A stretch of 64,000 nucleotides of DNA, taken from the NCBI GenBank assembly GCA_904063045.1, contig CAJFCJ010000016.1:744001-808000 (forward strand), written 5' to 3'. The DNA comes from Dimorphilus gyrociliatus. Lineage: Eukaryota; Animalia; Annelida. Under the pieces are notes generated by a model that saw nothing but the letters and a program-made list of their open reading frames with translations, did no database searches and was not told the DNA's origin. Below are positions 53,205 through 64,000 of the stretch, piece by piece. Each line of letters opens with the position of its first letter. Position 1 is the stretch's first letter. The position numbers were made by a program, and so were the translations under genes.

Positions 53205-54450
53205 ATGGAAAAATATCCAACCGTTCCAGAATTTGACCATCAAACTTCAGGGGAAAATGAGATTTGGAAGGAAATTGATATAATTACTAAACGCCCCCGT
53301 ACCCCTAACTATCCGTATACAGATTTAAACGACAAGATGATTGCCAATATTCAAAAAGTAAGCTTTGTAGTTAAACTAGAGTAAGGAGTTTTTTTTGCAT
53401 GTTTGTTAGTATAGAAATCCAGATCTGCACCATTTTTTATGCCACCAAAATTGGAGAACCTGGAAAAACCAGAGCCTGGAAAAGACGTAAGAACCTTATC
53501 TAGATATATGTATATACTGTATATATTAATATCTATTGTACATTGCACTAGTCTTACTACTTTTAATTAAGTTGGTAAAAGAACCAAAACCTGCATAATA
53601 TATATGTTAATTATAGATCTAGTTAATTCCTTTTTGAGTATTAGTAATAGTTAAATAGTTAAAATAGACGCTAAAGAAGGAAAATCTCTCTGTTTCAATC
53701 TCTTTTCTATCATTGTTGAAAATAAAATGAATTTGATTTATAATCTTTTTTTTTTTTAAAAAAAAACAATAAACAGAAGCAAAATCCATCTTGCCTTTTT
53801 AACAAAGAACTTGATGAGAATCTTATAACAAGAGAAACGGCCTATAGACAGAAGCGCTTCGCCAAACCACATCATACGAATTCTGTAAACAGGAATCTCG
53901 TTAGGATTGAAACTACAGCACCGTTTTGTTTTATAAAAGAGCAAAAGTCAAAGGATTACGATAATTGCCGAGGCTTAGCCTCTGTAAAATGGGGACCAAA
54001 CAGAACTGGTGAAGCGACTAGAAGTCATACTTTTGGTGAGGATGTAGAAAGGTATACAATGATTGACATGCAGAGGAGAAACCCAACAAACTATTCAGGT
54101 CGGGTTGTAATGGATTGCGGTAGACCGGGAGATGGTTATTATGCTGAAAAGTTTCCCTGTAAGTTTTTGTAATTAACTTTTTTCTTTTTTTCTCTCTCTC
54201 TCTGGCTCTCGCTTTTTGTTTTATTAGATTTTCTTTTTCAGCAAGAACAACTTGGTTTGGTTCTAGCGTTCCATTAAATAGGCATTTTGTTCTGCCATCG
54301 GTTTACCCAAAGACGGCTGCAGAGTATGACAAGGATCATATGAATGAAAGAATCTTTAGAGAGAGGTCATCGGAGAGCTGGCCTCATATGACCGAATATA
54401 CAGACAGATACCTGTTGTATGGTAGGACCGGATGTCCATTATCAGGATAA
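53205..54450 (+). CDS. Uncharacterised 271-aa protein, absent from the ORF track; possibly ciliary or sperm-associated
   Basis: Exons 53205-53357, 53415-53486, 53777-54158, 54242-54450, all GT-AG, phase-consistent and stop-free (MEKYPTVPEF...DCGRPGDGYYAEKFPSRTTWFGS...WPHMTEYTDRY...SG*). The ciliary guess rests only on the X-box and composition. Confidence 0.85.
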
Positions 54451-55011
54451 ATCTCTCTCATAGTTGTAAGAAAGCGGAGGAAATTATTTATGATCATTGT
54501 TTAATAATACAATACAATTCAATATCCGACTCCCATTCTTTTTCTATCGCGTAAACAAAAGATGGCGAGACGGTTAGACGCCACTAACGTCCTCTGTCAT
54601 CAAAAAAACATAAATGCAGACGGTTTAATTGCATTATATGTTTACCGAGTTGCAACTTTTTAAGTCAGTGTAAATAAATCAAAGAGTTTAGGAACAAACA
54701 AGAAGTCATTAGAGGACAGACGTTGTATGTAGTTTGAAGAATTAACGAAACAGATTTCTCGGTAGTAAATAGATATATTGTAAATAAAAGTATATATCGA
54801 AACCATAGAAACCTAATAATACATCAATTGCCCAACTTATTTGTAAATTCATTTGTACTTGCTTTGTTTTTTTATTAAATCTATAGCCGATTTTTTCTCT
54901 TTTATATTAATATATAACGTAAATTTTTATTTGAACACAAGGACTTTTGTTGTAACACGTTTTTTCCCCCCTCTGCAATTCACAATTACTGCAATTTTGT
55001 TTTTATATATA

Positions 55012-55042
<31 letters not shown>

Positions 55043-55544
55043 CGTTATCTTTAATCACCGTCACATCTTTTAAATTTATAATATAATTGTTCAATTTAAT
55101 TTTTTACGACTATGTTACAGTAGTCATTAAAAGTACATGAAAATTCAAAATGAATAAATGGAAAATTAGTCTTAAATAAACAAATAACAGAGAGAGAGAG
55201 AGCGAGAGAGAGAGAGAGAGAGAATGAGAAAGAAGGAAAATACAGAAGAACGTACCAAAGGGACGTTGATGATGATGGTAAGGGATGGAAAGTTGTCGAT
55301 TAGTAGTGAATAACAAACTTGATTAATAATTGAATAATATAGAGCAAAATTGATAAAAAGTTGGAGGAAGAGGGAATATGGTCGGGGAAGATTAGAGTAA
55401 AACTATGCGGTTAGTATAAAAAGGAAAACAACAAGTAAAACGCAATCTACAGCAAAATATAATATATCCAAAACAAAGATCGCGAATGAATGAATGAATG
55501 AATAAATAAATGATTGAACGAACGAACGAACGAATGAATGAATG

Positions 55545-55580
<36 letters not shown>

Positions 55581-55857
55581 AATACACAAGGGAAGGTTTG
55601 AGAGTAAAGAAAATAGATAACTGACCGGATTCAAACTCTAAAAGCCTCTTTTCCTTCTCTGGTTGTCTATCTATCTATCTGTTTTTGCTTCTGCCTCTCT
55701 CTCTCTCTCTCTTATTCACCCTCTCTTGCCATGTGACTTTCTCCAGAACGTTTCTATTATAATTTTATTATTCCCTAACATAAATATGTAAAAAAAAAAG
55801 AAAAAAAAAGAAAAATTTACCCTAAAAAGGGTGTTTTTAAAAAAAAGACTGCAGTTT

Positions 55858-56160
55858 TTACAAGGCACAATTAAATGTCAAAGCCTCATCATAAGTAGGA
55901 GGTAATTCATCATTCGATATCGAAATTGTATCATCAGTAATCGATCTCTGCATTAAATTCCGATTCCTTTTTTCTACAATATTAGAAGTTGTTAATCTTT
56001 GTTGTACTACATAATGTCGTAATCTAGTATCCCTTCTTCTTCGACAACAACAATATAGAGCCAGAATTAAGCAGAAAGCTACCCAGAATATGACCGTAAA
56101 ACTCATAAGGAACACAGCTGTGATCATCCCGCCTTCTGAGTAAATCATATCTTCATTCAT
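55858..56160 (-). CDS. Small single-pass membrane protein with Cys cluster and PPxY motif (CYYR1/VOPP1/TMEM92-like architecture), 100 aa
   Basis: Long hydrophobic segment, then YCCCRRRR stop-transfer signal and C-terminal LPPTYDEAL. Single exon with a CTCF-like motif 135 bp upstream. Confidence 0.8.
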   Translation of the reverse strand: MNEDMIYSEGGMITAVFLMSFTVIFWVAFCLILALYCCCRRRRDTRLRHYVVQQRLTTSNIVEKRNRNLMQRSITDDTISISNDELPPTYDEALTFNCAL

Positions 56161-56292
56161 TTTCGTTCAGTTTCCTATCCTTACTATAATTCGAGATCAT
56201 TTGCCAATTTAGACGTTGCATCTAGTGCAGTATGGCTTCTGAATTGCAGATGAAAAGAACGTCGAGGTGGGAATCGATATATATAAAACTAT

Positions 56293-56305
56293 CGCTAGAT
56301 GGCAC
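56293..56305 (+). promoter_or_regulatory. CTCF-like motif CGCTAGATGGCAC upstream of the PPxY protein gene
   Basis: Strong match to the CTCF core, 135 bp from ATG 56160. Confidence 0.55.
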
Positions 56306-57517
56306 TTCAAAAGGTCTTTTTTCATGAAGACGGATGATTTTTTTCGTTTTTTATTTTTTGTACAAGTAGCTATTTTACAAAAGATAAACGAGAAAAAAAA
56401 AGAGAATAGGAAGAGAAGTAACGAAAGATGAAGAAGAAGACAAAAATCAGAGCAGAAGGATACTTTTCTGACTTTCCGATAAAAACGTTTTAGTTATGAC
56501 TAAGTTTGAGTAAACAGTTTTATGAAAATGACTAATAAATCTAATAATAATTATTATTATAAAAAAAAAGACCGGAAAGATGTAAAAGGAGAAAAAAGGA
56601 AAAACTATAAATTATACTAAAACAACTAAAGCGGAACTACTTGTAGTCGGAACGACAATTTTCAAAGGATTGAGAATTCTTATAAATAAGAAAAACGACT
56701 TTCAGGTTACAGGATTGGCAATTGAATACCATGATAAAAAAATATTTTCAAGGGGGGGGGGGAGAGGTGGCAGAAGGAAGGTAGTGGCAGTAGGGGAGGG
56801 ATTGAGCAAAACGAATGTGAAGGGCGTAGTGATAAAAGAAAGAACAAGTTAGGGGGGCATTGAGTAGAAATCTTTTACAGCTTAGAATTTCTTTCTACTA
56901 TAGAAAATAGGCCTGCAAATAGATTAGAGTCTTTTCTTTATATCAACGATTATTATTTCTTTAATTACTGTACTAGTAATGAGAGTGAAAGAGTAGGTAA
57001 GAGAAAAATTTTATGTTGATAACTTAAGATGTAGAAAAGAAAAGAGAGAAAGAGAATTAGAAAGGGAGAGAGAGAGAGAGATTAGTAGTATAATTATATT
57101 TAGTTTTATAGATCAAATTATTATGTCTATAGCATTATAAATCTATGTTGCTAAGAATCAATGTAAATTGATTAGATATTACGTTTCATCCATATTTCGG
57201 AAATAATTAAGTTTATAAATAAAAATACTATATGTACAAAGTAACTTGTGAATTTATCTTGTAAATTTACTTATTTATATAACACCTTATTTAATAATTT
57301 ATGTTATATTTTTATGCATGCTTGTAACAGTTTTATCTATTTGAATATATAGTATATTGCAGTACTGCAATATTTACATCTACTAGTTAAGTAACTAAGT
57401 TTGTTGTAAGAATTAACCCATTCTTAAATAGTGTAGTTTTATTTTATGGTAACTATTTATCAATCTATCTATCCATTCATCTATTCATCCATCCATCCCA
57501 GCTATCTGTCTATCTAT

Positions 57518-57561
<44 letters not shown>

Positions 57562-60500
57562 CACACATACATGCATAATCACTAACTCTATCTTTCCTTT
57601 TCTTCGTTATATAAGAAAAAAATTCAATAAAATTGGATAGAAAAGAGAAAAACAGTAATAATTGTTTCGAAAACGTCTACGGTAAATAGCCTTAAGTAAA
57701 TTCACACCAAACAACTGCTATAGTGGAAAACCTATAAAATTTGAGAAATTGCACCATGTGAAAAAGAAAAATAGAAGAAATATACTGTATACACCTCACC
57801 TACGTTTTTTTCCATTCTTTTTTTCCACTTCCCTTCTGTTACCCTTACACCCTCCTCCCGCCCTCCTCTCCTATTCCCTACTTTTTCAATTGCCTCTTCT
57901 CTCTTCCCTTCCTTTGGGGTTTATAATGTTATACAAAAAATTCAATATATTATATATACAATGTAAATATAGATTATTATATGAAATTTTACTTTTAAAT
58001 CATGTATATGCATGCATAAATTAATTTAATTATTCAAGAAATAAAAGAAAACACGTATACAGTATATGTGATTATTGTTATTATACATGTTATTAGATAC
58101 ATTATTTGTTTGCAAAAGATATATATGAAATGTTTATAAATTAGAATTTCATTCATAAAATAACAGAGTGGAAAGAGAAAAAAAAACAATTGTCCTAATT
58201 TTTATTTATACAAGGTTGAATGAACTAATTTTCAGTCAATAACCTGTTTTAGAAAGAAGATGAATGATAGAATGGAACAGGATATTCTAAGATCTTTTTC
58301 TTACTCTTTATGCCAATATACTGTATATATACTGGATATATGGCTATCTTTTATACTTTTCACGAATTTTTGCAGGCAATTCATACAAAATACAGTATTT
58401 TTCTTTACTTCAATCAGTCTTTTATTGCGTCCACCGAGTGTAGCAATTAACGATGTAAAAATCCGTAAAAATCCATTTTGATTAAAAAATCCCTATTGGT
58501 TAGATTGTTATTTAGTCGGAAAGTTCCTTTATATACTATTTAATAAACTAATTTTTTTCTTATTAATCTTATTCAAATGAAAATTGGGAGAAAACTAGGA
58601 TAAAAATATAAAATGAATAGAAAAAAGTGTGTTTTCTTTTTAAAAACTGCAGAAAAAATTCGTCTAAAAGCAGGTTAATGTTATCATTTAATTAAATTTA
58701 TACTGCTTGTAAATTCTTAACGACATTGTACAGAAGTTAATAACTAACAACGTTCCAGTCTTTTTTTTTTTTTTGCATTTTAGGAAAAAGTCAGGAGAAT
58801 GGAAAGAGAAAGAGCTTTAGAGTTTGTGTTTTGTATGTGGCTGTGTGTTGTGTTTGTGTGTGTGTGAGAGAGAGGGAGAGAGAGGGAAAGAGATGAAAAA
58901 AGATATATAAACCGTGTTGTAAGGAATTGAAGAAGATTAAGAAGTATGTAGAAGATTACAGCGCATAAAATAGAAAAAGAAGAAAGATAAATCAGTTTAA
59001 AAGTCTTTTAGGTCTTGTTTTGTTTTTCAAAAGAAAGATTAGTAAATAAATAGTAAGGAAAAGGTGGAAATTTCAATCATTAAGAAACTAATCGCATTTA
59101 TTTTAATCTAAAGATGTAAATGCAGTAACAAAGAAGGCAAACAAAGTTAATTTGATACCTGAATAAATGAATAACTTAATATTTAAACAACATTTTAAAT
59201 TGGACAAATCTAAATAAAAAGTCGTTCTATTATAATTATTGTTATTATTACTATGATATACAATATGTTAAATATACCCTACAACAACTTAGGTTCAAAG
59301 AACGAAATAGTCTTTGAATTATTATTAACTTGTCAGAAATTCTTTCTTTTCTTCATCTACCGTCCATTTCGCCTATCTCGTCTACCCCTCTCCCCAATAC
59401 TCATCTCTTAATCGGTCCAGCTATCCATCTCTCTTGTATGTAGTAGGTCTATTATAAGTGAGACATAAAGATAAAATATTGCTCTACTTATAAATAAATA
59501 AATATAGCATAAGAGTTAATTCTTAAAACTTTTATAAACAAGTTTTGTACTGCTTAAGATGAATCTCTCTCTTATAATTATTCATTAGCGTACTCTATTT
59601 TCTGTCTTGTATACACAATGTGTACTAAAGATAAAGTATACAATCATAAATGCTACATGTAGACAGTTCATCCTTTTATCTTTCTTAATTATAATATTAG
59701 TTTAAAATTATTGTTCTTTAAACAGTAAATATAAAAAACAAGGGTATTTTCTATTATTGGCCTAATAATGAACTCTATTCAGTTTATATACAATAACTTA
59801 TCCGCATTATAATAAACCAAAAAGGTTAAATACTTAAGGAATATTAGCTTATAAAAGGTTTTTTAGATAGTTTATTATACAGCATTTACTGAATATATAA
59901 TTTATACTATATATCGAATGAAATATACTGCAATATGCTTATCTGGAAATGGAACGAATCGGGTGAGAAAGTGTCAAGCTTGCTAAAGAGTCTAACGACA
60001 AACAATCCATACCAAGCAGTAGTTTTAAGCGTAATAGACGCCTCTCACATTCCAATTGGAATTAATTTCTTTGAAAAGTCGGTGAATAAAGTTCTCTTTT
60101 TTTTTTAAACTGCAATCTCTTATTTGCTTTTTACTAGAAAAATAAATAAGTCAATAAACATAACTGAGGTTAAACAAGAAATACTAACACCTTTTTTGTA
60201 TAAGGAAAACAAGTAAGCAAACAAACAAACAAACAAACAAACACATAACATACGTACTTAAAAACGAATGTTTCTATATTTGATATTTATTAATAAAAGT
60301 GTTTTGTTACTGTTCCTGTGGTTGTTCTCTTTTAACGAATCTATTAGACGGTTTTCGTATATGTCATATATGCTTCCATACTACTAATTCTATTCGCAAT
60401 GCCCTTTTTAAAACTATAGCAAAAGCCGTCTCTACTCTATTGACGTCTCCCGGAAAAGCTGCAAGTTTCGTTAAGATTCGATAACATATAACAACCGAGC

Positions 60501-61598
60501 CATGTATATCTTAAGGAATGAAATACAATTATTTAAGCTAAACCTGTCCAACCGTGTCTTAACCTTGAAGAATACTTAATCAAGTTGAGATTTAAAATAG
60601 TATAGATTTATACAAATTATCGTTATATTTCTAAAAATTCCTATATAGGTGTGGTGATTTCACGCCCTTGCTTCTCTTTAGCTTCATCTCCCCTCTTGAA
60701 GATGTTTTATCAAGTATAATGGATAAAATCTTTATACAAAATAATATTTTTAGGATATTGAACAATAGGATAATCACCTTCCTTATCCCTTCCACCCACT
60801 CCTTCTCTGTGTTTTGTTAACTTTCCTATATAAGACTCTTTAGACTGTAAAAATATAGTGAAAATAATATAATTGCAAATTGTTATCTCAAAGGAAAGAG
60901 ATATAGTCTTTAGCAAGGATAATGCAAAAGAAGTCCTCATTAAAGATGGTAGTTTATACTATTATAAGCCCAAGATACATAGACTATTGATATTTATAAA
61001 ATATCTAATTAGTCATACGGACAAAGCTAAAAAAGAGAAACGGCAAATGAAATCAATATTTTCAAATAAAAATCAATAAAGATGAGCAAGTGTATTTTTA
61101 AACTATATGAATAAATATAAATACAAAGTAAATATAGATTGGGAAAGCGAGAAAAAGAAGGGAAAGAGTAAAATAAACAAAAAGAAAAAAAAAAGTAGTT
61201 GAAGGCCTATATGACAAACTAAAAAGTTGAAAAAAAAAACTGGATGAAATAGTGTATGTGTCAGCAAATATATATATATATATACATAATATACAGTTGG
61301 TATTCTATTACAACATGTTCATATATACTTTACTTAAAGTTTTAATAATAAAATACTGGTAAACTTCAACTCTTTTTCAATACTCTGTAAAGGTATTTTA
61401 TAGTCTTGTATACAACCAACCCTACCTCTTTTCTTTGCTTAGTGAATATATTCGATAACATTCAATATATAATTTACAATTGAAAATGTCTTAAATATAT
61501 ATTATTGCCGTGGATTTACCTTAATGATTACGAATTCTACAACACGAATAATCGCATTAATTAGTAAACCTTTTGCCTTTATGATAGGCCTATCTACA

Positions 61599-61634
61599 AT
61601 AGATGGCGCTCGTAGAGTTCAGAGTGCCATCTAT
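61599..61634. promoter_or_regulatory. Inverted pair of CTCF-like motifs upstream of the MYRIP-like gene
   Basis: ATAGATGGCGCTC, a 10-nt spacer, then GAGTGCCATCTAT; about 200-235 bp before ATG 61836. Confidence 0.5.
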
Positions 61635-61835
61635 AAGTGTCCCTCACGATAACTTTACGTTTAGAGAGCGAATTTGCTTTCGCTGTTAATAACATATTTC
61701 ATGGAAGTTGGCTTTTAGAACAAAGCGAAAAGCGTTTAAAATAACGCCGAAAGGTGATTTATAACGAAACATTCAAGAAAAACAAAGAAAACTAGAAATT
61801 AAACTTGAATATTGGAAGTAGGAAACTTTTTCCAA

Positions 61836-62538
61836 ATGGGTAAATCTCATAACATCAATAAACTGGATTTGAGTGGAATTTCGGAAAAGGAATCAGAAGC
61901 TATTTTAAGAGTAATACAAAGGGATTTCGAATTAAGAGAAGCTGAACAGTCTAGAATAGGGTAAACTGTTATTTTTTATACTAATATTTTTTTTATACTG
62001 GTCTATAGGACTACGTTTTCTCTATTGAACTATTAGAAACATTAATATGGGGAAGGATACATAGATGATATTAGTAATAATTGAATATATTAGAATATAT
62101 AGCAAAAAAAGAGAGTTATGTACAATGAATAAATAGTACCTTGACAATTAAAGGTGATATTAGTTATTGATATTATTACCAAGTATAACGTATTTAGTTA
62201 AATAAATCAATAAAATAATACTTTTTTTATTTATCATTGAAAAGATAAAGAAATATATAGAAAAAAAGAAATTTCTATTTCTTATCTTGCTTTTTCAATG
62301 AACATATTCAATTAATCTTTAATATACTCTACATACTTTAAATATTATTATATCCCTTATTAGCATAATTTATGAATAATTAACTCTTTAATTAATTCAT
62401 TTTTTCTTTTATTTATTTGCTACGGTGTAATGTTTAATTGTGCAATCTATACTACTATATTTATATCTGTAATATTCAATTGATACAGATAGTAGTAATA
62501 AGGGTATAGGTTTGTTATAAGTACAAGTATACACATAC

Positions 62539-62576
<38 letters not shown>

Positions 62577-63926
62577 CGTGTGAAAAGAGTCTATCAACAT
62601 TATGTCTGATAATAAGCCCGTACAAGATCCATCTAATACTGAAAAATGTTATATATAGTATATTAACACTATATAAAAAGAAACGATTGTAGAGAGGGGC
62701 AGAGAGAGTAAGAGTTAAAAAAATGGTTCAGAGAATACTGTTTTTAAAGCCAACTTTACCATATGACGGCTCATATACTGGTTCAAGTTTTATATATACT
62801 GTATATACTGTATATAGCATACAGGAAAAAGTCATATATTAAATATAATATCGTCAAAGCCCATTCTGTAAACTATTTAAGCTATATTACATTGGCCTAT
62901 TTTCACAATTGGTATCTATTTGAGTTGTTTATTAACCTCTTCTAAATGAAAAAAAAATGTCTATGTAATTAATGTTAATAGGGAAATGAACATGGCATAT
63001 GTTACTTTACACATAGTTTGTGAAACTATTTTGGTTTATAGGCCTATCTCTTTATAATTGACAATACTATTTCGCTTTTTATATCTTTATACTTTATAGT
63101 ATGAAAAAAGTTAAGTTTGAAAAAAAAAATTGAATAAAAATTCTTTTATATCAAAGAAAGAAAAAAAATGAAAAGAAAAAGAAACTAGTATTTTCTTTAG
63201 ATTTTTTTCTTTCTTTTTTTAACTCCCTCTCTTTCTCTCTCTTCTGTTTTCTTACTCTGGAAAGTATTATGACTCTTTCTGTTATTTTCCTTTTACTATT
63301 AATTGTTTATTCTATGAATGTTGTTAAAAATAAAAATGTATACAGTGACAGATGGATGTAAAATTATCCAATATATACGTATATTGAGTATAAAGCTTCT
63401 GACGTAATATCATATTTAATACAATATTAAATGGGAATGGGAGGACATGTGTATTTGTGTGGGTGGGGTAAATTGGCTGATATAGATTCGATTTATAAAA
63501 AGGAAACATGCAAACATTAACAAGTATTGAATAGTTTATAGATTTTCTCTTTTTAAACATAGACAAAAAGAAGTTGAAATTACAAAAGAAAGTTCAAGAG
63601 CGGAAATCTTAGCTCAACAACCAAACTTTAACGAAAATTGCTGTATGAAATGCTGTAAAAAGCTAGTATTATTTATTTAATAAATTAATATATACTGTAT
63701 ATAATAATAATAATATTAATAATAATTTCTCTCTATTCAAAAACAAAATGCAGGTTTATTATTCTCTTTAATCCTAAAGTTAAATGCTCTTCCTGCGAAT
63801 TCAATTATTGTAAAAGTTGTTGCATTTTCATTAAAAAGAAATCTGCATACATATGCAAAACTTGTGATAATGACAAACAGTTAAGTGCCTCCACCTGTTC
63901 GTGGTTTTACGACGGTGTTAAAAAGA
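61836..63926 (+). CDS. MYRIP: MYRIP/melanophilin-like (Slac2) Rab27 effector, N-terminal Rab-binding domain with zinc finger; continues beyond the window
   Basis: Exons 61836-61960, 63563-63661 (GC donor), 63754-63926 give MGKSHNINKLDLSGISEKESEAILRVIQRDFELREAEQSRI...CCMKCCKKFIILFNPKVKCSSCEFNYCKSCC...ICKTC...SWFYDGVK, matching the Slp-homology domain (KLDLS, RDF.LR, CCxxCC, WFY). Orthology versus MLPH is not resolved. Confidence 0.85.
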
Positions 63927-64000
63927 AGTAAGTTTTGTACTAAACTTTTATAAAACATGCTATATACAGTATAATTATTCGTCTTTAATAGATTTAGAAG

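Noticed and set aside
59950-60500. Two GC-richer patches and ORF 60299-60484
   Set aside because: No consistent splice-and-frame model on either strand and no recognisable motif.
2457-63566. Most 60-100-aa ORFs rich in YI, SL, RE or F/L/I runs (e.g. 2457, 9541, 11062, 32077, 39880, 44848-45186, 55110, 57446)
   Set aside because: Translations of microsatellites or AT-rich introns.
63927-64000. Next MYRIP-like exon near 63992 (would read RFR if shifted by one base)
   Set aside because: Phase does not match the donor at 63927 and the window ends; cannot be resolved.
1-64000. rRNA, tRNA, CRISPR arrays, prokaryotic operons or terminators
   Set aside because: None recognised; the sequence is spliceosomal-intron-containing eukaryotic DNA and the repeats are simple microsatellites.

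Overview
AT-rich (roughly 25-30% GC by eye) invertebrate nuclear DNA with many short GT-AG introns (about 50-150 nt) and abundant (TA)n/(GA)n microsatellites. A compact spiralian-type genome is my inference; I cannot name the species. Gene models were built by hand from splice sites and reading phase. They are: a divergent class A GPCR; a 4xEGF single-pass membrane protein; a somatostatin/allatostatin-C-like GPCR; a secreted LRR-only protein; a GT92 glycosyltransferase with a decayed upstream duplicate; an extended SDR with signal peptide and C-terminal KEEL; an uncharacterised 4-exon gene with an RFX X-box-like site; a small PPxY membrane protein; and the 5' part of a MYRIP/melanophilin-like Rab27 effector. 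Mobile DNA comprises two Tc1 transposase relics and one Tc1-type MITE with both ends. Main points of interest: (1) about 50 TA-C(A/T)G-TA heptamers matching the Tc1/mariner excision footprint; (2) a phase-consistent 8-exon gene missed by the ORF track that carries 3-4 in-frame stops but no frameshift; (3) a GPCR intron with complementary ends and a terminal exon readable in two frames; (4) CTCF-like motifs just upstream of five of the nine intact genes. All counts are manual and all family calls come from motif recognition, not database searches.
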